From assembly GCF_001194135.2 (NCBI RefSeq), contig NC_068991.1, forward strand, positions 79,641,945 through 79,705,944: a DNA stretch of 64,000 bases, in the 5' to 3' direction. The number at the start of each line of letters is the position of its first letter. Position 1 is the stretch's first letter. The stretch comes from Octopus bimaculoides (Eukaryota). Made by a program: the position numbers and the translations under genes. The notes under the pieces are model-generated. The model worked only from the letters and a program-made list of their open reading frames with translations, was not told the origin of the DNA and did not search any database. Shown here piece by piece: positions 11,901 to 23,420 of this stretch.

Positions 11901-13077
11901 AGATAATTACTTATGAGAGGACAATAAACACACAAAAAACAAAAGATATGTGAGCAAATATGGATGTTTGGCTTGCCCTGCAGTGCATAACAAAGTGAAC
12001 TTGGAGATTCCGAAAAGAGCCGCAAGAAGATGGCTTTAGAGCACTGAGTTCGATTTGATCTGTGAAACCTTCATGGTGTTGTGCCAGTATGGCTACAGGG
12101 ACCAATGCCTGCAGCAAGTAAAAACATAAATGAAGAACAGTGTCACACGATGCACTGTATTTCAGCACGATACTGCTAGTGCCATGAAGCTGTCAATTAA
12201 CTTGACTCTCATTAGAGTTTTGTCCTTCTAAAATACGTTTCTTTGCGCAAAATCTCTGAATCGAAGACAATACAAAATATTTTTTTAATTGTTTGTTTTA
12301 TTCGCTCTTAAAATGTTTCGTCTCTATTTCGTGACTTAATTTGAAGACATTCTTTGCCTAATACATCATTCTAGAGAAGCTGTTGAACCAACGCTTGAAA
12401 TGGAAAAAAAGAAGAAACTTTAAAAATGTAGATGTATAAAAACATTTGTGTTCCAGATAATAGAAAAGGGTTACTCTGCAGGAACTAAGGTCACTTCCTA
12501 CTACTCCAAAGAACACTGATTAATTATACGAAAGCCAATGATGGAAACTTCGAATTCATCTGATAATTTTTTTTTAAATTAAAAAGCAAATAAACAAATG
12601 AATAACATCAGCAATGCGAATGGAAAATATATTCCTAATTGAAATTTATAACAACGTTAGCTATTTAATTATCATGCAACAAGATCAACGATACTGCATT
12701 GAATACACACATTATTCAAACATATATGAGTGGAAGTGTGTGTATGTGAGTGTGCGTGTGTGTTCGTGTGTGTATGTGCGCGCGTGTGTGTGTGTGTGTG
12801 TGTGTGTACGCGCGTGCGTATTTGTGTTTGTGTGTGCGTGTACTGCAGCTGAGGCATACTGCGTTTGTTCGATGCCCAGGGATAGACATTTCATTGGATT
12901 AGAGACATTTTGAACGAAACAGATTGTGAAGCCGTCTCTAAACTTTAACCTCAATGTTGTGAACTCATTTGAAGCCNNNNNNNNNNNNNNNNNNNNNNNN
13001 NNNNNNNNNNNNNNNNNNNNNNNNNNNNNNNNNNNNNNNNNNNNNNNNNNNNTATATATATACATATATATATAGGT

Positions 13078-13320
13078 AGTGGAGAACGACCCTCATGGGA
13101 CTGCATCTAGAAAATTCCCCTCCGAGTCACAAGTCCGAGCAAGGTTGTTTATGGAAGACTAGCAATCGCCCATATACACCAGTCACCCCTCTATCCACGC
13201 CACCGAATTTTTCCAAGGGAAAATCAAAGGCTTATACAGTTTCGCACCTCATGTGTACAGCTGAGTGAACTGGAGCAACGTGGAATCAAGTGCTTGGGTC
13301 AGGAACAAAATACAGTTTCA
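13078..13320 (-). mobile_element. Interspersed repeat, probable SINE family C (second copy)
   Basis: Homologous to 5105-5357, including the shared ACAGCTGAGTGAACTGGAGCAA block. Confidence 0.65.
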
Positions 13321-13384
13321 GTCTAAGATCTGCGGCGATGGTGAGGCAGCACCATTTACTTTGCTACACTTTCACTAAACCTCT

Positions 13385-13995
13385 TCTGATGTCAGACAGT
13401 TGGTGGATGAGGGATTTTGACGTTACTGGCTTGATCTGTGTTACTTGCTTTGAGGTAGGTTCATCCGGAACACTTGACAGAAGATCCAGCCATGAAGCTC
13501 TCACAGATTTTGTGGGAGGATATTGAAGAGCTGTGGGCTTTTGAAGCCCAAGCTGCTGCAATATCGTGTTCTGTATCCAGATGGAAATGCTGGCGTTTTT
13601 GTTACTATGTAGTGGTGCCAGATCTTGCTGTTTATGTAACTGACAATGATAAAATTTGGTACAAGTTTTTCTAAGGTTTTCCAGATGTATATTACTGCAT
13701 ATCTTTCCCGCCTTCGCTGCAGGGAGTACAATCTTAATTATTCCAATCTCTCGCAGTAGCTGATATGGTGCTTGGTGTCGATCTTCGTATAGCTTCGCTG
13801 AACCACCTGGAGTTTCGAGGTTAATTTTAGACTGTTTGGTGATCACAGTTGGAAGGAGTAATCCAGACGGCTCAAAACGAAAATCCCCCAGAAGACCACC
13901 ATCATTTCCTTTCCTTTTGTTTTGAAAGTTTGAAACATCCATCTGGCCAAGCGTCTGTATTTTATTGCCAACTTAGTAAGGTGCTCTAGAAAAGA
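13385..13995 (-). mobile_element. CR1/L2-group LINE ORF2 C-terminal remnant
   Basis: Across frameshifts: RLARWMFQTFKTKGKEMMVVFWGIFVLSRLDYSFQLWSP...SYWERLE*LRLYSLQRRRERYAVIYIWKTLEKLVPN...PQLFNILPQNL...LDLLSSVPDEP. LDYxxQxWSP and YSLQRRRER are diagnostic post-RT motifs. Confidence 0.8.
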
Positions 13996-14039
13996 TGCAT
14001 CATAACTCATATCGATATCTAGGTCATGCACTCTCTTCA

Positions 14040-14407
14040 TTGATACCCTCTCCGCCCGCTCCACCCTACACGACATACCCGACACTCTATTCCCACACCT
14101 CCACCTCACACCCACATACCCCACCTAACCCCAACATCTCTACACACTCATACCTCTCCAACACCCCACCACACGACTCCACAAACACTAGCACTGACCA
14201 CTTCCCAGCACCCACACCACACATCATCATCCGCACACCCACACACAATCCTCCACAACACACACACGATTATTCACACACCCACTCATTACAGACGCAC
14301 ACACTTACACACGCACATATCCACACGTCAATTTCACTAGCCCCTATTCACACACATACACTTACACAGTCTCACAGGTAGGTAGATAGATAGATAGATA
14401 GATAGAC

Positions 14408-14455
<48 letters not shown>

Positions 14456-14460
14456 GGATG
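14040..14460. repeat. CA-rich low-complexity tract followed by (GATA)n
   Basis: Degenerate CCACAC/CACA tract, then a GATA array at about 14382-14455. Confidence 0.85.
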
Positions 14461-15309
14461 GATAGATGGATAAATGATGTTTTTGAGTAATGTTTTGTCG
14501 TATCCATTTATGGTGAAAGTCAAGATGATCATGACTGAGCCACTTTGCTTATAGATCATACGTCATTTCAAGGAACATAATACATTTACAAAAAAAATAA
14601 ATAATTCTATTTCCCTCCTTAGATCCATCATCTAAATACATACCTCACAGCTTTCTCCCTCCCCTCTATCTGTCTGTCTGTCTCTCTCTATCTCTCTTTC
14701 TCTCTCTTACTCTTTGTCCCTTTCTCTTTTTGAATTTGCACATGTTTGCATGCGACTACATGTTTAGGCACGCATAAATTTTGTTCATGGCTATGGGGTG
14801 AGGGGAGATAACCAGGATAAGAAGAAGATGAATGGGAGAGAGAGACAGAGTGAGAGAAGGAGAGAGAGGAAGGCAAAAGAGAGAAGAAGAAAGGGATATC
14901 GCAAAATATAATATTTCCTCGAATATAAATTAATTTTGAATTAAAATTATCAAAGTCCATCGCACCCTTCCCAGCGCCCTCCCCTTCAACCGAGGGAAAA
15001 CGGTAGCAGTACCGAAGCAAGGCTGCAAAGACAGCGGAGTAACGTTACAATTACCTGAAACGAGCGAATGACGCACGCGACCTTGGAAGTCTGCTATGAC
15101 GGCATCTCTTACGTTAACAGTATAAAAAAAAACGAGACCAATACTATGATAACAAATACAGTTCTATGCTGGATCCTATGATGTGCAATTATATGCTCTT
15201 TGTTTTTTGTACACATTTACGAAACATTACAATATGATAGTCACGGCTCAAAATTGAGTCAAAACTTTAAGGTTAGAAATACCGTTCATTTGTATTGTCG
15301 CTGGGTAAA

Positions 15310-15790
15310 TTTCACTCAATCTTACCTTAGATTATAACGAGTTCATCCAGATGTCTCTTCCAGTGTAGCCGACAACTGTCCTGTACTCTTTTAACTTGTA
15401 ATAATTCTCCAGCAACATGAGGGAACACCTTACACTCGGGTGTCACCACTCACAATCCTCCGGGGCCACCTCTATGTCAAAGTTCGCCATCTAAACTTCT
15501 TTTCTCACTGAAACCTTTGCACTGTTGTATAAAACGATAAGGAGGAACGCACTTGGCACCTGTGTGTCCCAATTGTCCATAGTTGTAGCACTTCGGCCTC
15601 CTGCCTTCTGCCACAACCCAAAGCCCCACGTCGTCTCCCACCTTATGGTGTTGACCATTTCTTCCAAATCCCTTTGGACAGCCTTGATTATCATTCCCAG
15701 TGTTTTCCCTGGTCAGTTCTTCGCTGGTACCTTTGTCTCCTGTAGGATTGTAATCCTTTCCTCGAAACCCATTAAAATTGCCGCCAATAT
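15310..15790 (-). mobile_element. Gag-like/ORF1 remnant with degenerate zinc knuckle, probably an L1/Tx1-type LINE
   Basis: Minus strand ...LWVVAEGRRPKCYNYGQLGHTGAKC is CX2CX4HX4C with the second Cys changed to Tyr. The surrounding frame is broken. Confidence 0.55.
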
Positions 15791-15793
15791 GAA

Positions 15794-16000
15794 GGTGATG
15801 AGCTGGTAGAACTGCCAGTAAGCAGGACAAAACGCTTACCTTCATTTGTACCGGCTTTACGTTCGGAGTTCAACTTCCACCGAGGTTGAATTTGTCTTTC
15901 ATCCTTTCGGGGTCGATAAAATGAGTGCCAGTCAAGCACTGGAGTCAATGCAATCGACCCCCTTTCAATATTTCGAGTCTTAGACCTGAAGTAGAAAGAA
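15794..16000 (+). mobile_element. SINE family A, degenerate
   Basis: GATGAGCTGGTAGAA...GTTCGGAGTTCAACTTCCACCGAGGTTGAATTTGTCTTTCATCCTTTCGGGGTCGATAAA. Confidence 0.75.
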
Positions 16001-16627
16001 GTAATAGATGTAATGCGTGTTGGCATCACTACTGCAGATGCTAAAAGAAAATTGGAAATAAAGAGACTGATGATTATAGATATTTTAATATCTATGGACA
16101 ATTCTAATCGTCCTCTTGATGTTCAAGTATTATTTTGACTTCATTAAGCACACTGAAATTTTTCATTACTTACCGATGTTAGGATGAGAGAAACAATATT
16201 TAAATGGAAGAGTAAACGATTTGATTAATGCAGAAAATGTTATTTTTCATTTCGTACATATATCCGGGCAGCCACTCATATATTCTGTGCTTGTGTTCCC
16301 CTAATTTTCCCTAGTACTCGACAGCCTTCGCCGTAGTAATACAAAAGTGTGTTTCGGGATTATCTCCCGTGCTCGTACTTAAAACGGTTTTCGCTAATGT
16401 TTGATATAAATTTTCTTTGTTTTATCTAACCAAATAATTTGCGAATTTACGTTTCAACACCCACAATAAATATGTTAAAGTGTGTTATATCTAATAATTA
16501 TTACTAGCATCAAATCGCTACATATAAAAATGCTTTACATACACATACACATACACATACACATATGTATTTTATTTTTTGATTATAAGCTGTAGTCAGT
16601 TAAATATGATGTTTTACATCTGTATAG

Positions 16628-16629
<2 letters not shown>

Positions 16630-16695
<66 letters not shown>

Positions 16696-16712
16696 CATTA
16701 TTGTCATTATTA
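16630..16712. repeat. (ATT)n microsatellite
   Basis: Perfect ATT array with a degenerate end. Confidence 0.95.
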
Positions 16713-17120
16713 TATGTCTGTCAATATTTCTATTATGGACAATAAGCAAGCATAGTTTTAATCGTAAGATGGATGTTTGTCTAGTGTTTTACTAGTGTAT
16801 TTTTTTGTTTTTACGTTAATGGTTGCCATATATACAAAAACAATAAAACTGAATATATAAAATTAAAAAATAATGTAACATAAGTGATAATGGATGTTAA
16901 ATTAGGCGTTATGCAATCGTACAGGCAGATTAATTGGAATTTGGTATTATACTAACACACACATACTCACACATACACACAAACGCACGCGCACACACAC
17001 ACACATTAATGTATTAATTCGTCGACGTTTCCCATATAACAATGGAAAATATAAATGAATATTTGCAATGCAACTAGACTTTGAAATCTCTCATTGCGAT
17101 CTAAGTAGTAACTATACTGC

Positions 17121-17394
17121 ATAGTAAAATCTATTCGCCAACGTAAGGTAGCAGTCCTCCGTAGGACCATGTTACTACGTTTTAACCCCAGGAAAACATC
17201 TTTTCCAGCTGGTTATCGACACACATTCTGCGCATGGGAGCGTACTACTCCCTCCCGCCCTTTCTCACATTGTATTTCAGACACAGATTGTGTATCGATA
17301 ACCAGCTGGTAAGGATGTTTTCTTGGGGTTAAAAGGTGGTAACATGGTCCTACGAAGGACTTTCACTTTACCTTGGTAAATAAATTTTACCATA
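17121..17394. mobile_element. Foldback/MITE-like element with about 110-bp terminal inverted repeats
   Basis: 17121-17230 and 17284-17393 are reverse complements, for example GTAGGACCATGTTAC/GTAACATGGTCCTAC and CCAGCTGGTTATCGA/TCGATAACCAGCTGG. The arm is homologous to the starts of the units at 44733 and 45085. Confidence 0.8.
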
Positions 17395-17976
17395 TAAATA
17401 ATACTTATGAACTCACATGAGCCAGGAGGCTACCTAAATTCCAGGACGGAAGCCGTGGGGAATTTGCCTACATTCTTGGAAATTTCTACTTCAAAACTGG
17501 AAAACCTAGCTTTCAAGCGAAGGAAGACAACTCGCCCGGCCATAATTTTTAAGAGGAATATTTCTACAACTATCACCGGCGTTCTTGTGTTTTTAAAAAT
17601 CATTCTTTGCAGAGAACAGATATTGTTTAGAGAAACTGAATATATGTCTAGTTCAGGCTAGATATGAAACCAATGGTAATGCTCTAAAACAGTTACTCTA
17701 CACATACAAATATGTATATATATATATGTACATACGAATAATCGAAATATTAACACTCCTACGAATAATGCTAATACTACTATTGCCGCTACTTCTACAG
17801 TCATTGATATTACTAATACTACTACCAGGAGAACTGGTGGTGATAGATGTAGTGTTGGTTGTAGTCGTAACAGAAGTAAGTGGTAACAGTAGTAGCTATA
17901 ATAATAATAATAATAAAAGCAACTGCGTCTGTATGTCTGTGTGTGTTTGTGCATATATGTCTTGTTGGTTCTCACT

Positions 17977-18008
<32 letters not shown>

Positions 18009-18013
18009 CATAC

Positions 18014-18061
<48 letters not shown>

Positions 18062-18129
18062 AAGTGGCACAAATAAAATGCCTTGCACTATTTCCTTTCC
18101 ACAGGAGACGTTCGCAGCACATATCGACT

Positions 18130-18300
18130 AGAAGTACTCTGCCTTTCATTCTTTCACACCCTACAAAAGCATATAATTTCAGAACGGTCGATTGGCAGAG
18201 ATACTCGAAGGTCGGATCAGATGTCGAACTGAAATTTCTATAGCTTTCCGTACGCAGTCGAGATTCGACATATCCTCATTCTGTAGTTTATTTAGATAAT
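18130..18300 (+). mobile_element. Possible Penelope-like element remnant (post-RT region)
   Basis: Across frameshifts: KYSAFHSFTPYK...SDVELKFL*...YPHSVV, which resembles the FHSxxP...ELxFL...YP region of Penelope RTs. Recognised by eye only. Confidence 0.3.
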
Positions 18301-18480
18301 ATCCAGGTATAACACCAACATCTAGAAGCGTGTGAGTCTTCAGCGCGGTGTCCACTCAAACGCGACCATTGACGCCAAGTTTTTGATTTGAGTATTAGTC
18401 TTCCTCTCGCTCTGCCATCTGTAGTACGCCTTACTTATCCTCCTAACACGAAATACGCATTGCTTATCCTTCTAATTAAG

Positions 18481-18704
18481 TATTCTTTTCTTTTGTACTC
18501 TAGGCACAAAGCCTAAAATTTTTGGGGAGGTTGCAGTCAATTAGATCGACCCAAGTACGCAACTGGTACTTAATTTATTGACCCCGAAAGGATGAAAGGC
18601 AAAGTCGACCAAAGTGGAATTTGAACTCAGAACGTAACGACAGACGAAATACAGCGAAGCTTTTCGCCCGGCGTGCTACCGTTTCTGCCAGCTCGCCGCC
18701 TTAC
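18481..18704 (-). mobile_element. SINE family A, near full length
   Basis: Reverse complement is GTAAGGCGGCGAGCTGGCAGAAACGGTAGCACGCCGGGCGAAA...TTCTGAGTTCAAATTCCACTTTGGTCGACTTTGCCTTTCATCCTTTCGGGGTCAATAAATTAAGTACCAGTTG...GTGCCTAGAGT. Confidence 0.85.
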
Positions 18705-21239
18705 TCTGCATACATATCGGGGTAAAAATTATTTCCTCCTTATAAACTGGGAGAGAAAATCTTTACGTTTTTTTCTTCCTGAATATGAGTGCTGACTTTA
18801 AATCCTGCTCTTTTGGCTTCTATTGGAAAGTACAAACCTAGACCGTTAAATTCACAGGACTTATAGGATCTCTCAAGACCTTTTGCTTTGTCTTTTTCGA
18901 TCTTTGCGTTCTGACAGCAATCCCTACAATGACAATTGTGTACCAACCCAAATCGTGGCCTGTCTCTTGTCAATAGCGTCCAAATGTAACTCTTATATAT
19001 ACAGGGCATTAATATCTCAAGAGTAAACCTACAGATGCTTGGTAAATCTCGGCCTATGGTGACCATGTTTATAACATAAATGAAGACCGAATTGCTTTGT
19101 AGTAAATAAAACAGAATATAGTCGATACGATAAGGTTCTATATAAAAGGTGAAACAATGCTTTCCTCAGATTGGAAACCAGTGTTAAATGAGTCATGCTC
19201 CAACAACGAGCATTGTTCGCTCGAGAGTAGGAGCATATATGGTAACCTACTTCTAATACTGCATAATATACAATATTTTGCAATAATAAATGCTGGTAGT
19301 GTCTTATTTAAAGAATGCACATTGCACAGCCTGCGTTTCCTTATATTCTTAATCTCTGTGCCTTATGTTAGTGTGAAAAATAATCAATACTTATTCAAAT
19401 TTCTAACATATCTCCCTTACAATTGTTGTCTATTAGGTTTATACCACGGCAAAAAATAGATAAATAAATAAAATGGTTTTCATGCATATTTCGTATTTTC
19501 ATATTTGCATTTTTTAAATTGCTTTTCATTGTAATTTTTGAGTTACTTGCAGATTTCATTACGATGCATGAGTTCGCGAATCCGATAAAGTCAACGGTAT
19601 AAAGACAACAATAATCAATTGTTAGGCATAAACATACGTAGCAAAGATGCAGAGATTTGAAATATATTTTAGCATTCAGTTATTTTGATAAATATGCAAG
19701 GAACATCATTTGCGTGCAATAGTTATGTTATTTACGATCAAATATTATGTGAATGTTATTGAGCCTGTATTCATTTACTAGTCCCATATATGTTTTATTG
19801 GATAAGCTAGATTTAACATTAATGTATGTTGTAACAAAACATAAGCACTAACAATTATATGTAACATTGTAGTTCATGTTCCACAGTAAATTTTAAATGT
19901 CCATTTACATATTTAAATATTCGGCGCAATAAACATACACTTCAATTAAACGGAACCGAGGAAAGATATCAGACGTTGCAGAAGTACTCTAAATGCCATG
20001 CTTCTTATAGCAGAAACAGCCGTAGCTAATGGAATGATGATAATCTAACATGTTTTTGTCGTCATTTGCTAATTGTTATTATGCTGTATAAGCAGCCGGC
20101 ATTTATTCTAAAGCATGAGTCTAATGAATTCTAACAACTGGCTATTAATATCGCCATGTCTAAAAGAAATCACGGTATATAAAAACATAATATCTAAATC
20201 GTCATAGTAAGGAAATATTCATGTACCACCTTATTCCTGAAAAGGGACACCAAACTTACTCTAGCACCTTATCGAAAATTTTAGGAGCGCACGCATGCGC
20301 ATATTGGTTATGAAAGTGGTTATTACGTTAGTTATGGCTATCTTGAAACTGCGGTCAAGATAAGACTTTATACAACAATTCTGTTTGTTTCGTTTTCTTT
20401 ATTTTATAATCTGTATTTTGCATATGGTATAATGCATATCACGTGACTGATAATCATTCATTGCAGATGAAACCCGCGCAAGAAGTTCAAACTCTATCTT
20501 TTATAAACACATTTTCCTGCTGCCTCGTTGTCTATGTTTGTGTATGTATAAGCGTCATTTTCCCGATTTATCTCAATTGTAATATTTTTATATCTACTTC
20601 CAGTCACATATATACTTCTATATAACATTCATAACATTTTGTAGCACAAAAATTTACGTTCGAAAAATGTCAGAGGATTAAATGATGAGATACAGCATTT
20701 TCCATATATTAGAATATTAAATCAGAATGTCTAAAGCATGAATATGAAGAAAATATACTTTTAGATCTTTTATTGGAACTTACAGTGCTTGAGGGTGATT
20801 AAAATAATTCTAAGGTACAATTGGATCAAAGACATGGCCAGTGACCTCAGAAATTCGTAACGAAATCTCACGGATATTCTGCAATAAACCGAAAAGTAAT
20901 ATCATATCTGTAACTATTTTTGAAAAACTATTATTAGTGAACTGCAAGGAATAGGAAGTTAATCAGGTGATCTGTTTTACTTTTTAATGTACTTTATGCT
21001 TGAATCTCTTTCTTCTCTCTCTGATATTCACCTGACTGAAATTATAAATACGGTAACATATATTATTCCGAAAAGTCGAGAAGGATGAGTAGACTGGGGA
21101 TGAGTTAGAAATAAAGTTAATGAGTTCGAATGTAATTCAAAGCTATATTTCAATAGAGTAATTTCGGTAAATCTTTGTGTGTGATGTATATATAAAAGTA
21201 ATATAAATATATATATAAAACTAGTATGTAAATGTGTGC

Positions 21240-21290
<51 letters not shown>

Positions 21291-21444
21291 NNNNNNNNNN
21301 NNNNNNNNNNNNNNNNNNNNNNNNNNNNNNNNNNNNNNNNNNNNNNNNNNNNNNNNNNNNNNNNNNNNNNNNNNNNNNNNTAATATATGGAAATAGGTTA
21401 GAATGAGGTAGTTTTTGCGAAGTACTGTGAAGTATAATTTTAAT

Positions 21445-22397
21445 GAATGTAGCTGGAACCATACGAGAAGGCACAAAGTACAAAATGAAAAGAAAACAGA
21501 ACAAAATTGCAGTTTTACCTTGTATTTCTATATTTCGGTGTGAATACCCTTTCTTCATTACATTCGGAAAAGCGGTGGTTGGAAAATGTTTGTTGCTCAG
21601 ATGTGTATGTGTGGGAATGTTGGGGTGGGGGGAAGGTGGCATGCGCCGACCGTAGTTGCTATAGCCACCAGTGTGCTCCGTGTAGTTCCTTCCTGTTGTT
21701 AATGGCTGGTTTCAATTTGCATATAACAAGGGCTTCCATACTTCTGAGATTGCCCCTGTTGTGTTGGGTTGCTTTGATAGAAACTTTGAAATTCTGAGTT
21801 TGCCACTTCCTAAGGTGTTTCTTTATCTAATGTCTGCCTGCAAATCCTCTTTTCATCTGATGTGTGGTTTCCTACGTCAACGACAGAACAACAGCAGCTA
21901 TCTTAAATGCCATGGGGACTTAACGTATAGTTGGTACATACAGTTATACTGTACATACTTAGCATACAGTTCTATGTGCAAGGAAAGTTCTGTCGAGGAA
22001 AATACCACAGAGTGCACTGTGGGTTGCACACTCACCCACTGCCCCATCAACGGCATCAAACATGGTCGACGTCCTGTGTAGTGTACGAGGGAGTAATAAA
22101 CGTGGAGCATAAGGGGCACAACTAGGAAACTACAGATCCACATAAACTGACACCAGCCATTAACAACAGGAAGGAACTACGCAAAGTAGACTAGTTGCTG
22201 TAAAAACAAAAATCCGTGCATGCCACCTGCCTCTTCGCACACACCCCCTCCACACACATGCATCTGAGCAACAACCTTTTCCTGTGTACTGTTTTTCCGA
22301 ATGTCCCAGTAAAATGGCAACTTTTCTCTGTTTTCTTTTCATTTTGTAGTTTACTTTGTACCTTCTCGCATTGTTCTGGCTTTACACAACTACATTC
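21445..22397. repeat. Diverged inverted repeat pair (arms 21445-21718 and 22144-22397)
   Basis: The arms align as reverse complements along their length. The 29-bp core at 21682-21710 is a perfect inverse of 22152-22180. Confidence 0.85.
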
Positions 22398-22749
22398 TGT
22401 AATGTAAGTATATGTATGTATGTGAATGTATGTATGTATGTATGCATGTATGTATGTATGTATGTATGAATATATGTACGTATGTGGGAAATCGTTTGGA
22501 GTTGGATCAGCAACTTTTATACCAAGTAGGGCCAAAAGTTTTTCACATATTCACTGATGATTTTGCCAAATTGCACCTTTTTTTATCGTTAATTTGATAT
22601 ACACCTGTTGCTCAATCGTTGCTGAGTTATTGATTTATAGATATAATATATACATATAATATATACATATAATATATACATATAATATATATATATAATA
22701 TATACATATTCATTGTTTATTCTTTATTATTTTCTAACTTTGATAATGC

Positions 22750-23420
22750 AAGGTGAAAAATTGCTGATAGAACTGTTTTACGTATGGTGAGAGCGACTGA
22801 GTGCAAAGGCAGCAGCAAAGAAATTAACAATGTGCAAGGCTCAGGATCTGTCAATAAACGTATGAGACGAAAGCATTCCCGACGCTTCTAGAAAGGTAGC
22901 ACCAACGTGGATGAAAAACCAAGGTCAGGGAGACCTTCTGATATGGGAGATGACTTTTTGCTTTAAATGGTTGAACAACTGCCAAGCACCAGCAGTCATG
23001 CTTTGTCAGTAGAATTTGGTCCTTTACATTACAAAACACCATAAATCGACTCCTCCATAAACTCGTACTTGTGAACAGAGTGAAGAAGATTCTCATTAGC
23101 TGACCAATGACCAGGCTTATCAACGTGTGAGCATTTGCAAACAATTTCTGACAAATCATAGAAATACCTGTTTTGTGCTTCGAACTATAACTTGGGCTGA
23201 AAAATTAGATCTATTTTATAACCATTATAAAAAAAATTAATGGCTTCTTTCTGTTCAGGCTTCGGAATCTGTTATTAAACAAAGGCGATTGGTATGGAAA
23301 ATCATGTTATGAGTTTGTGGAATATCGAGGCGGAGAGAGATGTATTTTGAGCTTGCCTCAGAAAGTCGTGCTTTGAATGCTGGTGTTTATGCTTAACAAC
23401 TACAGCGATTATATAATGCT
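22750..23420 (+). mobile_element. Mariner transposase pseudogene (HTH through first part of catalytic domain)
   Basis: AAKEINNVQGSGSV...RRF*KGSTNVDEKPRSGRP...PH*LTNDQAYQRVSICKQFL...RTITWAEK...KIML...YFELASESRALNAGVYA*QLQRL. Contains the mariner PRSGRP, PHxLT and degenerate ITxDEK motifs. Confidence 0.8.
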
